Source of the DNA: Candidatus Aminicenantes bacterium
Lineage (GTDB): Bacteria; Acidobacteriota; Aminicenantia; Aminicenantales; Saccharicenantaceae
DNA: 64,000 nt
Assembly (NCBI GenBank): GCA_002877915.1
Contig: PNJE01000007.1
Coordinates: forward strand, 1,163-65,162
Direction of reading: 5' to 3'
Part shown: piece after piece, positions 39,584 to 49,107 of the stretch
Numbering within the stretch: position 1 is the stretch's first letter
Layout: each line of letters opens with the position of its first letter
Translations under genes and position numbers: made by a program
Notes under the pieces: model-generated
What the model saw: only the letters and a program-made list of their open reading frames with translations
What the model was told of the DNA's origin: nothing
The model's database searches: none

Positions 39584-41053
39584 ATGGCCGATTTCCTTTT
39601 TATTGGGCTGAGTTTGATTGTCTGGTGTTTACCGCTTCCCTTTGGAGGAAATATAGAGTGGGCTATTTATGGATTTGAAACTTCAGTTTTTATTCTTTTT
39701 GTTATTTTTCTGTTAAGACCAGGAGGATTAACTGGGAATTGGGAGGCTTCAGAATGGCCAGAGAAACCAGAACGAGTCCTGCCGCTTTTTTTCTCCATCC
39801 TTATTGGCATATTTTTCTTGGTTCTTTTGGCGCAGATTGTGCCTCTTCCTTCGAAGGTCGTGAAGATATTATCCCCCGCAGCCTGGAAGTGGAGGGAGGA
39901 GCTGGTTTTTTCCGGGCTTATGGGAACCAAAACTTTTAAATGGCAAACTATTTCTCTATCACCCTGGGCCAGTGCTTATGAGCTGGTTAGATATCTATCA
40001 TATGGAGTATTTGCCTTTCTTTTAGCTAAGGTTGTAAACAGCCAAAAGAAAGCCCGGGCCCTGGCTCTTATTTTAGTTAGTGCCGGAGTGTTCCAGGCTC
40101 TTTACGGACTTTCTGAATACTTTGGCGGGACCAATAGAATTTTCTCCTGGGTAAATCCTCATTATTCCGGGAGTGCTTTCGGAACTTTCGTCAACCGGGA
40201 TCATTATTCTGCCTTTCTGGAAATGACTTTTCCGTTGAGCCTGGGTTATTTTTTAGTTAAAGCTAATTACTTTTCTCTTCGCCCGGGCTTAACCTTAAGA
40301 CAAAAAATAACTGCTTTCGGTCAGGAAAATCTTCAGAAATCGTTATTGTTTATTCTCCCACCCCTTATAATTGGTACGGGATTATTCTTTTCTCGCTGTC
40401 GCTCGGGGATAATTATTTTTGTAGTCTCCTTTTTTACCATGCTGTTAGCCCTTTCTCTAACGGCGGTCAGCGGTCCCAGCCGGACAGAAAAGAGATTGGT
40501 CAAGGTAGTTGTTGTCAGTGTTATCCTTTGTGTAGTCTTAATTGGGATTACCCCCATTCTCGAACGCTTTACTTATGGTGGATTTTTTGATAAGAATCGC
40601 CTGCTGGTATATTCTTATACTTTGCGTCTTATTGGACAATATCTCTGGCTGGGGAGCGGCTCGGGAACCTATATCCAGGCGATTACTCCATTTCTCCAAA
40701 AAGATTTTTATGTAATTTTTGATCATGCCCATAATGATTATCTGGAAATGATAGCCGAAACCGGACTGGTGGGGGGAGGAATAATTATCCTGGTGGGCTT
40801 TTTGACCCTGGGCCTGGGGTTCAGGCGGTGGTCAAGAGCAAAAGATCCCCTGGCCAGAGGAGTTGGGCTGGGAGCGCTAATCGGGGTTTCGGCTTTATTT
40901 TTTCACAGTTTAACCGATTTCAGTTTGAGAATGCCCGGAAATGCGGTGTTCTGGCTAAGCCTTTTTGTCCTGGGGTTAAAGCTGCCCTGGCTGGTTTCCG
41001 GGAATAATGAACAAAAATTTCGGGAAGAAGTCGGTCTAAAGAGGGCCGAATGA
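39584..41053 (+). CDS. O-antigen ligase / polymerase family membrane protein (Wzy_C domain)
   Basis: About 12 TMs. Conserved GTFVNRDHYSAFLEM and HAHNDYLEMIAETGLVGG motifs are characteristic of the WaaL/Wzy family. Confidence 0.75.
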   Translation: MADFLFIGLSLIVWCLPLPFGGNIEWAIYGFETSVFILFVIFLLRPGGLTGNWEASEWPEKPERVLPLFFSILIGIFFLVLLAQIVPLPSKVVKILSPAAWKWREELVFSGLMGTKTFKWQTISLSPWASAYELVRYLSYGVFAFLLAKVVNSQKKARALALILVSAGVFQALYGLSEYFGGTNRIFSWVNPHYSGSAFGTFVNRDHYSAFLEMTFPLSLGYFLVKANYFSLRPGLTLRQKITAFGQENLQKSLLFILPPLIIGTGLFFSRCRSGIIIFVVSFFTMLLALSLTAVSGPSRTEKRLVKVVVVSVILCVVLIGITPILERFTYGGFFDKNRLLVYSYTLRLIGQYLWLGSGSGTYIQAITPFLQKDFYVIFDHAHNDYLEMIAETGLVGGGIIILVGFLTLGLGFRRWSRAKDPLARGVGLGALIGVSALFFHSLTDFSLRMPGNAVFWLSLFVLGLKLPWLVSGNNEQKFREEVGLKRAE

Positions 41054-41718
41054 ATAAAATAAATAAAAGGAATGCGGTTCCCTTTATCTTTTTGGTAATC
41101 AGCTTTCTGGCGCTGGTAGCTTCCCTGTTCTTCTATCTGGGGTATCATTATTTTTATGGTTATCAGAAGGAGATGACCAATATAAAAAGCTTGGAGCATG
41201 ACTTTCCGCGCTTAGAAAAAAAATTAAAGGCAGCAATTAGGTGTTATCCCTGGCCCGCTTTCCAAACCGAATTAGGAAGACTCTATTTGCTGAGAGCTAT
41301 GGCCGAGATTGAATTCGGCCGAGTGGAGAAAAGCGGAGAATTTTTAGATAAAGCCAGAGCAGCTCTGGAAAAGTCCATTTCAGAGAATCCCCTGGATTAT
41401 GCTCCTTTCTGGGAGCTGAGCAAAATTTACTTTCTTTATGATTATCCCCTGCCAATCTATGCCTCTACTGGTCGAAACATTTGCCGGGAAGCTGTCCGAC
41501 GTTATCCGGCCAATGAATTTCTCAACTTGAACGTTCTTTTTGTTTTTTTTGAACAGTGGGATTTACTTGAACCGGCAGAAAAGGACTGGGTAAAATCAAG
41601 ATTATTGGAATTGAAAGCCGCTAATTCCGGATTCCTTGACCAGTTAAAGAAAAAATGGCAGCAGAACCATGGAGAAACAACTACCATTACTGGCAGACTA
41701 AAAGAAATAGGACTATGA
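41050..41718 (+). CDS. Hypothetical N-terminally anchored protein with TPR-like helical repeats
   Basis: One N-terminal TM, then an alpha-helical region with TPR-like spacing. Its start overlaps the Wzy-like stop (ATGA). Confidence 0.35.
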   Translation: MNKINKRNAVPFIFLVISFLALVASLFFYLGYHYFYGYQKEMTNIKSLEHDFPRLEKKLKAAIRCYPWPAFQTELGRLYLLRAMAEIEFGRVEKSGEFLDKARAALEKSISENPLDYAPFWELSKIYFLYDYPLPIYASTGRNICREAVRRYPANEFLNLNVLFVFFEQWDLLEPAEKDWVKSRLLELKAANSGFLDQLKKKWQQNHGETTTITGRLKEIGL

Positions 41719-41891
41719 GAACCGAGAGCCACATAAATAAAGCTGATAACTTAGAGGCCTCGGCTCCTAATATTTTTTAATTTAACTTTTTATGGGATTA
41801 AGAGGTTAAAAAGAGCCGGTAGATTACATTATTGAATTCCTAAAATGTGATTGAAGTATTAATAAATAAATAGATAAAAAGAGTTAAAAAT

Positions 41892-43079
41892 TTGAAACCA
41901 GACAAGCCTGTAATCTGGCTCTTCCTTCTTTTAATTTTTCTGGCCCTGATTTTGATTGCACCGGCAAAAGCAGTAGAGAAAAGGCCGGGTTTTACCTCGT
42001 CCGTTGACGATACCCTTAGCCCACGATACGCCAGGTTTTCCAGGGGGATTAACTTGCCTTTCTGGTTCTGGCTTAATAAGGGGAAAGTAAAACCATTGCA
42101 ACAGAGATTTTCCCGGGATGATTTATTGCTCATCAAAAAGCTCGGTTTGACTTTTGTTCGCCTGCCGGTGGATATGGCCAATATATATGCTCCCGAAAGA
42201 GAAGACCGACTGAAGCCTGAGGAAATGCGATTGTTGCTCGAAGGAATAGACCTAATTATTAAATCTGGCTTGGGCGTAAATTTCGATCTTCATAGCCTTT
42301 CGCAGAAAGAAGGTCAATCAGACTATTCTAAGCGGCTACAAGAAGACCCTTCCTTCGCTCAAGAATTTATTTATTTCTGGGAAAAACTGGCCGAAAGGCT
42401 GAGTGCTTTTGACCCGGAGTGGTTGGTGATTGAACCAATGAATGAGCCTGTTTTCCTGGGCGAAGAGAATAAATGACCCCCGATTCAAGCCAAACTGATT
42501 GAAGCCCTGAGGAAAAAACTTCCGGCCGAGACGATCTTGGCCACCGGAGCTTTGTGGTCAAATCTACTGACTCTTTTGACCCTTACGCCCTTACCTGACC
42601 CAAACGTTTGGTATAACTTTCACTTTTATGATCCCCATATCTTTACCCACCAGGGGGCCACCTGGAGCACAGATTGGTTTAAATTTTTGAGAGAGGTGCC
42701 TTACCCTTCTTCTCCAGAAGCTGTTCGCCGGGCTATCTCTCTTGTTGATAATGAAGAAATAAAAAAACATTTACAGCAGTACGGTGAAGAGCGCTGGAAC
42801 CGAGAAAAGATAGAAGAAGAAATTCGCCGGGCGGCCGAGTGGGCGGAAAAGCATGAGGTTAAATTATTCTGCAATGAATTTGGAGCCTACCGCTATTATT
42901 GCCGTCCAACTTTCCGGGAAAAGTGGATCAAGGATGTCCGAACAGCTCTCGAAAAATATGGTATCGGCTGGGCAATGTGGGAATTCGATGGAAGCTTCGG
43001 TTTAGTTTACCGGGAAAATAAAAAAGCAGTAGTTGATAAGGGAATAGCTGCTGCCCTCGGCTTGAACTTGAATAACTAA
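41892..43079 (+). pseudogene. Glycoside hydrolase family 5 (cellulase-like) interrupted by a single in-frame TGA at 42474-42476
   Basis: Signal peptide. The GH5 acid/base region VIEPMNEP lies just before the stop. Downstream in the same frame are FHFYDPH and the nucleophile-region NEFG. The two ORFs, 41892-42476 and 42537-43079, share a frame. Confidence 0.6.
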
Positions 43080-43100
43080 GGTGAGAAATTTACTTACCGG

Positions 43101-43535
43101 TTAGCCATTCAGGCCATTAAAAGTGGATTGAATCTTAGCGAATTGTTCTTTTAGCTCTGACGGCAGGTTAGAATCTAAAATCTTCTTGTTGAGTTTCAAG
43201 CGCGTGATTTCCTTTAAATAATGTTCAACCAGGTCATTTTTTTTAAGATTATAAGCAGTTACCGTCAGGTAAACCAGGGTTTTACCCAGGAGGTCGGGAG
43301 CGTCAAGAAAGCCAAAGGCGGCCAGCTTAAAATCTTCCAGCGCTTCTTCCATTTCCCCCCGCCTGAAGGCTTGCTGACCTTCATCAAATAATCGCAAATA
43401 AAAAGGATCAACCTGGGAGTTTGGACTCTTGATTTGCTGAGCTGGCAGAATATTTCCAGGCAAAAACAGGGAAAATATAATAACCAGAAATAAGGCTTTT
43501 ATCAGTTTCATTGAATTAAATTCTCTTGTCCTCAT
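43101..43535 (-). CDS. Hypothetical small secreted helical protein
   Basis: Signal peptide followed by a helical, TPR-like segment; 144 aa. Confidence 0.35.
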   Translation of the reverse strand: MRTREFNSMKLIKALFLVIIFSLFLPGNILPAQQIKSPNSQVDPFYLRLFDEGQQAFRRGEMEEALEDFKLAAFGFLDAPDLLGKTLVYLTVTAYNLKKNDLVEHYLKEITRLKLNKKILDSNLPSELKEQFAKIQSTFNGLNG

Positions 43536-43664
43536 GATTATCTTCCCTCTGGCTGAAAGATAATTTTATTTCTTTTAAGAGATTAAATCAAGTCCGACCG
43601 GTAAGTTGTATTCAGGGAATATGAGTAATAAAATATAAAATAAAAGAAAGGCTAAGGTTTTACT

Positions 43665-43958
43665 TTGAAACAACTGAAGGTGACGGGCGCTGATTTTAAA
43701 AAGATGGCCGAAGTTTCATCCTTAGCCTTAGTCCTCCCTTCTTCTATTGCTGTGGGTCTGGCCATTGGTTATTTCCTTGATCGCTGGTTGAAAACTGAAC
43801 CATGGATGCTATTAGCCTGGACTATTTTTGGTATCATTGCTGGCTTGATGAATCTTTTTAAGGGAATTAAAAAATATTTAGGTGACAACCAATCTCCCAG
43901 CCGGAGGACTGGACCCAAGCTAAAGAACCAATCTGCCGAAAATGAAGAGAAAGAATGA
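43665..43958 (+). CDS. atpZ: AtpZ-like small membrane protein (putative F0F1-ATPase-associated, AtpZ/ATPase_gene1 family)
   Basis: LALVLPSSIAVGLAIGYFLDRWLKTEPWMLLAWTIFGIIAGLMN matches the AtpZ pattern G..LD.....PW......G...G. It is the first gene of the atp cluster. Confidence 0.6.
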   Translation: MKQLKVTGADFKKMAEVSSLALVLPSSIAVGLAIGYFLDRWLKTEPWMLLAWTIFGIIAGLMNLFKGIKKYLGDNQSPSRRTGPKLKNQSAENEEKE

Positions 43959-43984
43959 AGAAAGCTTAAGGGAATGTTTAAGGA

Positions 43985-44389
43985 ATGAAAATGAAAAGAG
44001 AGGATAGTTATTTAGTGGAGTCTTCCTTAAAGAGAATTCCCCTAGAAACTATGGGGTTAGGATTGGTAATTGGTTTTATAGCTATCTGGCTATTTAATCT
44101 GGTAACGGGAATCTTGATTTTTGTCGGGTCAGGGCTGGCTGCTTTGAGTTTTTTAACTCTTAAATCTTTTGTTAACAGGAATTTAGATAAGAAAAAAGCC
44201 CTCGTTTTAAGAAGGGCAATATTAGCCTATGTTCTGCGGCCGCTATTGATTTGTTTAGTCCTTTTAATTATAATTTATTTGTTTAAAGGTAAAGTTATTG
44301 CTTTAGTAGCAGGTTTTTCTTTAATTATAGCGGCCATTCTTATCGAGGCTCTTAGAAACCTGCTTAGCATAAAACAATGGAAGGCTTAG
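43985..44389 (+). CDS. atpI: ATP synthase protein I-like (AtpI)
   Basis: 134 aa, 4 hydrophobic helices, immediately upstream of and overlapping atpB. Confidence 0.45.
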   Translation: MKMKREDSYLVESSLKRIPLETMGLGLVIGFIAIWLFNLVTGILIFVGSGLAALSFLTLKSFVNRNLDKKKALVLRRAILAYVLRPLLICLVLLIIIYLFKGKVIALVAGFSLIIAAILIEALRNLLSIKQWKA

Positions 44390-45120
44390 AACATAATCTA
44401 CCAATTGTAACATTCTTTAATCACCTTTTTGGCCCTCTCCTGGCCATTTTGCTTCGAGCTTTTGGTTTTCAGATTAAAAATCCCTATCAACTTATCCCCG
44501 ATTATATTGTGATGGCAATAATTGTCGTGGTAGCTCTTTCGATATTGCTCTGGTTGGCTAGCCGAAAGGTTCAAATAGTTCCGGGGAAAACCCAGGTTCT
44601 GATTGAAAGCCTGATTGATTTTTTCGAGGACCTTATTATGGATACGATTGGCGAGGAAGGCAAAAAGTACCTTCCAGTTATCGCTACAGTTGGCCTTTTT
44701 ATTCTGACTTCTAATCTCCTGGGATTAATCCCGGGATTTATGTCGCCGACCAGCAAACTTAACGTTACCCTCGGCTGTGCTCTGGTGGTCTGGTTTTATT
44801 ATCACTGGCAGGGAATTAAAGCGCGAGGTCTTCTTGGCTATTTAAAGAGTTTTATGGGCCCGAATCCCTTTCTGGCCCCGTTGCTTTTGCCGATAGAAAT
44901 CATTTCTCATTTTTCTCGGCCTGTTTCTCTGTCCATGCGTCTTTTCGGGAATATTTTTTCGGAAGAGCTTTTAATTTTGATTATGGCCTCAATAATTCCA
45001 TATCTTTTGCCATTGCCTTTCATGGCTATCTCCATTTTTACGGCGGTAATTCAGGCCTATGTCTTCGTCCTTCTAGCCTGTATTTATTTAGCCGGGGCAG
45101 TGGCGCAGGAAGAAGAATAA
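44377..45120 (+). CDS. atpB: F0F1 ATP synthase subunit a
   Basis: Conserved C-terminal region RPVSLSMRLFGNIFSEELLIL, with the essential Arg in the LSxRLFGN motif. Confidence 0.85.
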   Translation: MEGLEHNLPIVTFFNHLFGPLLAILLRAFGFQIKNPYQLIPDYIVMAIIVVVALSILLWLASRKVQIVPGKTQVLIESLIDFFEDLIMDTIGEEGKKYLPVIATVGLFILTSNLLGLIPGFMSPTSKLNVTLGCALVVWFYYHWQGIKARGLLGYLKSFMGPNPFLAPLLLPIEIISHFSRPVSLSMRLFGNIFSEELLILIMASIIPYLLPLPFMAISIFTAVIQAYVFVLLACIYLAGAVAQEEE

Positions 45121-45143
45121 TGAAAAACATAAGGAGAAGATTT

Positions 45144-45479
45144 ATGTCTCAAAAAAACAGAATTGTAGGTTGGCTATTATTTTTCCTGGCGATGGCCTTT
45201 ACTCCTCTGGCGGCCCAAACAGTTGATCCAGCCCGGGCTTCTGTGTTCAAAGTTTCTTTGATAGCTGGGGGAGCCGTTATTGCCCTGGCGGTCATTGCTG
45301 GAGCCTTTGGCCAGTCTAAGGCTATAAGCTCGGCCTGCGAATCAATTTCTCGTAATCCGGCTGCCGGCCAAAACATCCGGGGTATTCTGATTTTCGGTCT
45401 GGTGCTGATTGAAACTCTGGTCATCTACGCTCTGCTCATCACCATCATCATCCTGATGGTTAAATGGGGCGCTTACTAA
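45144..45479 (+). CDS. atpE: F0F1 ATP synthase subunit c, with an N-terminal hydrophobic extension and a Na+-type ligand signature
   Basis: Hairpin GAFGQSKAISSACESISRNPAAG ... ILIFGLVLIETLVIYALL, with the carboxylate in helix 2. RBS AAGGAG sits 7 nt before ATG 45144. An alternative start at 45120 overlaps the atpB stop. Confidence 0.8.
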   Translation: MSQKNRIVGWLLFFLAMAFTPLAAQTVDPARASVFKVSLIAGGAVIALAVIAGAFGQSKAISSACESISRNPAAGQNIRGILIFGLVLIETLVIYALLITIIILMVKWGAY

Positions 45480-45507
45480 TCAGCCTCATCTGAGCTTAAT
45501 TTGATAG

Positions 45508-46395
45508 ATGACCGGAAATATTTTCCAGATATTATTTACTTCATTTAAGAGATTCAATCAGGACCGCTGCTGGACGGCAGCTATTGTCATTTCATATTTT
45601 ACTCTTTTGTGCCTTGTCCCGCTGGTTGCGCTCTTCGCTTATCTGGCGGTAAAAATTCTGGGCAGCTCTGAACTATTTTTTCGCAGCTTAAATATTTTTA
45701 CCGAGGATTTTTTTGCCAAGATGGACCCAGCCTTTTTTAAAAAGCTTCAGACTCTGGGCGGAAGCCTCTCTAATCTTGGCTGGTTCGGACTCCTTGGGTC
45801 GCTGGTGGCTGCTTCCTTTCTATTTTCTAACTTAATCTCCATAATTAACCAGATTTTCCGGGTGGATACCCATCGCTCTTTTTTTTACAACCGCTTACTT
45901 GAATATGTGGTTATGCTCTTCGGCGGGTTAGTCTTGCTTTTGTCCATCTCGATAACTGCCCTCTGGGCGGCTTTTCAACGGTCATTAAAAGAAAGCCCCT
46001 TGGTTTCTGAATTTATCAATCCCAGAATTATAGATTTTTTTAATAATTTCTTTTTTCAATACCTCTTGCCGTTGGGACTAACATTTTTAGTTCTATTTAT
46101 TCTTTATAAGTTCATTCCAGAAATTAAAGTTCATACCAGGAGCGCTCTGATTGGAGCGGCGGTGGCCAGCATTTTATGGGAAATTTTCAAGAGAGGCTTT
46201 GCCTTTTATGTCATTCATCTTTCGGCTATCGGGATGGTTCTCTCCAGAATGTTGGCTGGGACTCTAACCTCAGTTATTTTTTTCCTCTTGTGGATTTCCT
46301 CTTCACTTTTAATCCTGCTCTGGGGAGCAGAATTGACTGCTGTTTTTAATGAATATTTAGAGCTTGGTGCCGCCAGAACCTTCCAGCCCGAGTGA
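45508..46395 (+). CDS. YihY/BrkB family inner-membrane protein
   Basis: 6-TM protein with the family's N-terminal F..D.C...A..ISYF.LL...P motif. Confidence 0.7.
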   Translation: MTGNIFQILFTSFKRFNQDRCWTAAIVISYFTLLCLVPLVALFAYLAVKILGSSELFFRSLNIFTEDFFAKMDPAFFKKLQTLGGSLSNLGWFGLLGSLVAASFLFSNLISIINQIFRVDTHRSFFYNRLLEYVVMLFGGLVLLLSISITALWAAFQRSLKESPLVSEFINPRIIDFFNNFFFQYLLPLGLTFLVLFILYKFIPEIKVHTRSALIGAAVASILWEIFKRGFAFYVIHLSAIGMVLSRMLAGTLTSVIFFLLWISSSLLILLWGAELTAVFNEYLELGAARTFQPE

Positions 46396-46403
46396 GTCTT
46401 CTT

Positions 46404-46739
46404 TCAAGATAGGTCAACATGAGGCGAGAGAAAGCCTATCAGCTTGTTTTTGGTCAGTGCTCCAATGGCCGAATCAACTGGCTGCCCGGCTTTAAAAATA
46501 ATCATCGTCGGGATGCTTAAAATTTGATAGTTAGCTGAAAGTCTCGGGTTTTCATCAACATTGACCTTGACTACCTTCAGCTTTCCTTTATAAGTTTCAG
46601 CAATTTCCTCAATTACTGGGGCCACCATCTGGCAGGGACCGCACCAAGGAGCCCAAAAGTCGACCAGAACAGGAAGCCCGGCCTGGAGAACTTCCTGTTC
46701 AAAATTATTTTCGGTAACTTGAATGATATTCTTACTCAT
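46404..46739 (-). CDS. trxA: Thioredoxin
   Basis: WAPWCGPC active site; 111 aa. Confidence 0.9.
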   Translation of the reverse strand: MSKNIIQVTENNFEQEVLQAGLPVLVDFWAPWCGPCQMVAPVIEEIAETYKGKLKVVKVNVDENPRLSANYQILSIPTMIIFKAGQPVDSAIGALTKNKLIGFLSPHVDLS

Positions 46740-48204
46740 CTTTACCTCCAGTTGTTAAACTAATGGCTTTCTGATAGAGAATCCGATATTTTCTTATAAC
46801 TCTCGACCAGGAATTATTTTGTCTTAGGCAATTCATTTTAAGATTATGCCAGCTGGCCGGCTGCTGATAAAGGCTAAGTGCCTGGCTGATTGCCTGAAGA
46901 AAGGCCTGGCCTGAATATTCCTCAAAAATAAATCCGGTACCCTGGCCTTGGTCAGGGGAATAGGGGACGACTGATTCCCGCAGGCCTCCCGTAGCTCGGA
47001 CAAGGGGAACTGTTCCGTAGCGGAGAGCATGCATGATGGTTAATCCGCCGGGCTCTTCGAGCGAAGGCATGAGAAGCAAATCAGCTCCGGCTATTACCTG
47101 ATGATAGAGAGAGGAATTTAAGTCCAACCGAACTCCCAGCTTCCCCGGATGAACTGACTGGAGGCTTTTGAAAGATTGTTCATAAAACTCTTGTCCCTGG
47201 CCGACTATTATTAAACTGCAATCCTTAGCCAAAAGAGAATCTATATTTTCCAGAATAAGATCAACGCCCTTGAGTTTCGTCAGGTAACCAACGAAAGCCA
47301 CAACCGGCGTCGATTCGTTCGCAGTTAATTGAAATTCTTTAATTAATTGCCTTTTACAAATCTTCTTGCCGGAGAGGTCTTCGGCTGAAAAGTTGGCTGG
47401 AATTAATGGATCGGTCGCCGGGTTCCACTCTTCTTCGTCTATCCCGTTTCTTATGCTGTAGAGAGGCCTCTTTTTGGGCGAGAAGAAAGAGCCTAATTCC
47501 TGATGGTTCTTGAGAACTTCGTTTCTATAGTTCTGGCTAACGGTGTTTATAACGTCGGCAAATAAAAGACCGGCTTTAAGGAAATTGAATTTTCCCCTGA
47601 AGGCTAACTGATGGGAATTAAGATAATTCCAGTCGAGGCCGGTAAGTCTCAGAGATTCGGCCGGGAATTCTCCCTGGTAAGAAAAATTATGAATCGTGAG
47701 AGCTAAGGCTGTTTTTTTAAAGAGTCCCCTTTTCCGGTAAATTGATTTAAGGAAAAGCGGAACCAGGCTGGCCGCCCAGTTATGGCAATGGACCACATCA
47801 GGTTTAATTTTAAACTGAAGCATCAACTCACAGACGGCTCGATTGAAGAAAATGAATCTTTCGTCATTATCTGGATAATCGCCTTGAGGCGAACCATAAA
47901 TATAATCACGGTGGAAATATTTGGGCTGGTCAATTAGATAAAGATTGTGCTTGCCGAGGTCCGCCCTATAGATGGCTGCTTTTATTTTCTTATCCCCTAT
48001 GGAAATCAGAAGTTCCTTGGTCAGGAGTTCTTTATTTAGAGATTCAATTTCCGGCCTTCGGTAAAAAGGAAGGAAAACATTTACTTCTGCTCTGATCCTC
48101 GTCAGATACTTGGCCAGTCCGGCGGTAGCTTCAGCCAGTTCCCCTGAACGGGCATAAGGAGCTAATTCCGGGGTAACTATAGCCAGCCGGAGTTTTTTTT
48201 CCAT
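46732..48204 (-). CDS. glgA: Glycogen (starch) synthase, GT5
   Basis: N-terminal [21 protein letters not shown] (K/R-X-GG-L region) plus a GT-B C-terminal domain. Confidence 0.85.
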   Translation of the reverse strand: MEKKLRLAIVTPELAPYARSGELAEATAGLAKYLTRIRAEVNVFLPFYRRPEIESLNKELLTKELLISIGDKKIKAAIYRADLGKHNLYLIDQPKYFHRDYIYGSPQGDYPDNDERFIFFNRAVCELMLQFKIKPDVVHCHNWAASLVPLFLKSIYRKRGLFKKTALALTIHNFSYQGEFPAESLRLTGLDWNYLNSHQLAFRGKFNFLKAGLLFADVINTVSQNYRNEVLKNHQELGSFFSPKKRPLYSIRNGIDEEEWNPATDPLIPANFSAEDLSGKKICKRQLIKEFQLTANESTPVVAFVGYLTKLKGVDLILENIDSLLAKDCSLIIVGQGQEFYEQSFKSLQSVHPGKLGVRLDLNSSLYHQVIAGADLLLMPSLEEPGGLTIMHALRYGTVPLVRATGGLRESVVPYSPDQGQGTGFIFEEYSGQAFLQAISQALSLYQQPASWHNLKMNCLRQNNSWSRVIRKYRILYQKAISLTTGGKDE

Positions 48205-48249
48205 AAAAAAATGATAGCTGGATACTGGGCAAAAATCAATCTTACCCCT

Positions 48250-49107
48250 TTATTCCGCCCAGCCTAACTTTTCTTTCACCAGCTCGTAATAGCTCCGGCG
48301 GGGCGAGGTCACCAGAATCAAATCCAGCTCTGATTTTCTAATTCCCAGGACTTCATTCTTTTCCATCGGGCGACCTCTCTGGCCATCGATTGTCAGGTAT
48401 ACTTTTTCTTCAGGGGTCAACAGCTTGATTTTTATCGAAGAGCTGGCCGGGATAAGCAATGGACGAAAGGAAAGGGTATGAGGGCAAATTGGAGTTAAAA
48501 TAATAGTTTCCACCTGGGGGTGAACAATTGGCCCGCCAGCTGAAAGAGAATAAGCTGTCGAACCGGTTGGAGTCGAGATGATCAGCCCGTCTCCTTTAAC
48601 CCGGGTAACTTCTTTTTCGTCAATGATAATTAAAAGTTCAATGATTCTGGCTAGGGCAGCTTTATTGAGGACAACATCATTAAGGCAGAGATCTTCTCCG
48701 TTCTGGGTATTTATTTTTAATAAAGTTCGACGGCTGATGAATCCATCCTTATTTTTAAAAAAGGCTTCGAGCACCGGCAGGGCTTCGGAGACCGGTATTT
48801 CAGTCAGGAATCCCAATCTTCCCAAATTAATGCCAATGACCGGGATACCTTGCCGGGCAGCAAAGGGAGCCACACTCAGAAGAGTGCCATCTCCACCCAA
48901 AATAATTACCGCTTCAGTGAGTTCAGGCAGTTGGGCTCTCTCATATCCGGGGCCAGTTTTAAGTTTTTCAGCGGCCGGCTTTTCCAGCAGATAGTCAACC
49001 TTTTCCTTTTCGAGAAAATTGATGATTTCTTTCAAAATTTTTTCAATGCCCGGAGCATGGGGTTTAATGATAAGGCCAACTTTTTTAATTTTCTTTTTGG
49101 TTTCCAT
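48250..49107 (-). CDS. nadK: NAD kinase
   Basis: GGDGTLL and NE/DGxxxxT..GSTAYS motifs. Confidence 0.85.
   Translation of the reverse strand: METKKKIKKVGLIIKPHAPGIEKILKEIINFLEKEKVDYLLEKPAAEKLKTGPGYERAQLPELTEAVIILGGDGTLLSVAPFAARQGIPVIGINLGRLGFLTEIPVSEALPVLEAFFKNKDGFISRRTLLKINTQNGEDLCLNDVVLNKAALARIIELLIIIDEKEVTRVKGDGLIISTPTGSTAYSLSAGGPIVHPQVETIILTPICPHTLSFRPLLIPASSSIKIKLLTPEEKVYLTIDGQRGRPMEKNEVLGIRKSELDLILVTSPRRSYYELVKEKLGWAE

Noticed and set aside
41892-43079. TGA recoding (Gly or Trp code, or selenocysteine) as the explanation for the in-frame TGA in GH5
   Set aside because: TGA terminates many neighbouring genes (gdh 3686-3688, pstB, rplT). No SECIS-like hairpin is obvious downstream, and GH5 enzymes are not selenoproteins. 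Pseudogene or sequencing error is the simpler explanation.
43665-45479. N-ATPase (atpDCQRBEFAG) operon
   Set aside because: No atpD/atpC precede the cluster, and atpF/atpA/atpG do not follow it. The gene order atpZ-atpI-atpB-atpE is the F-type leader arrangement, merely detached from the rest.
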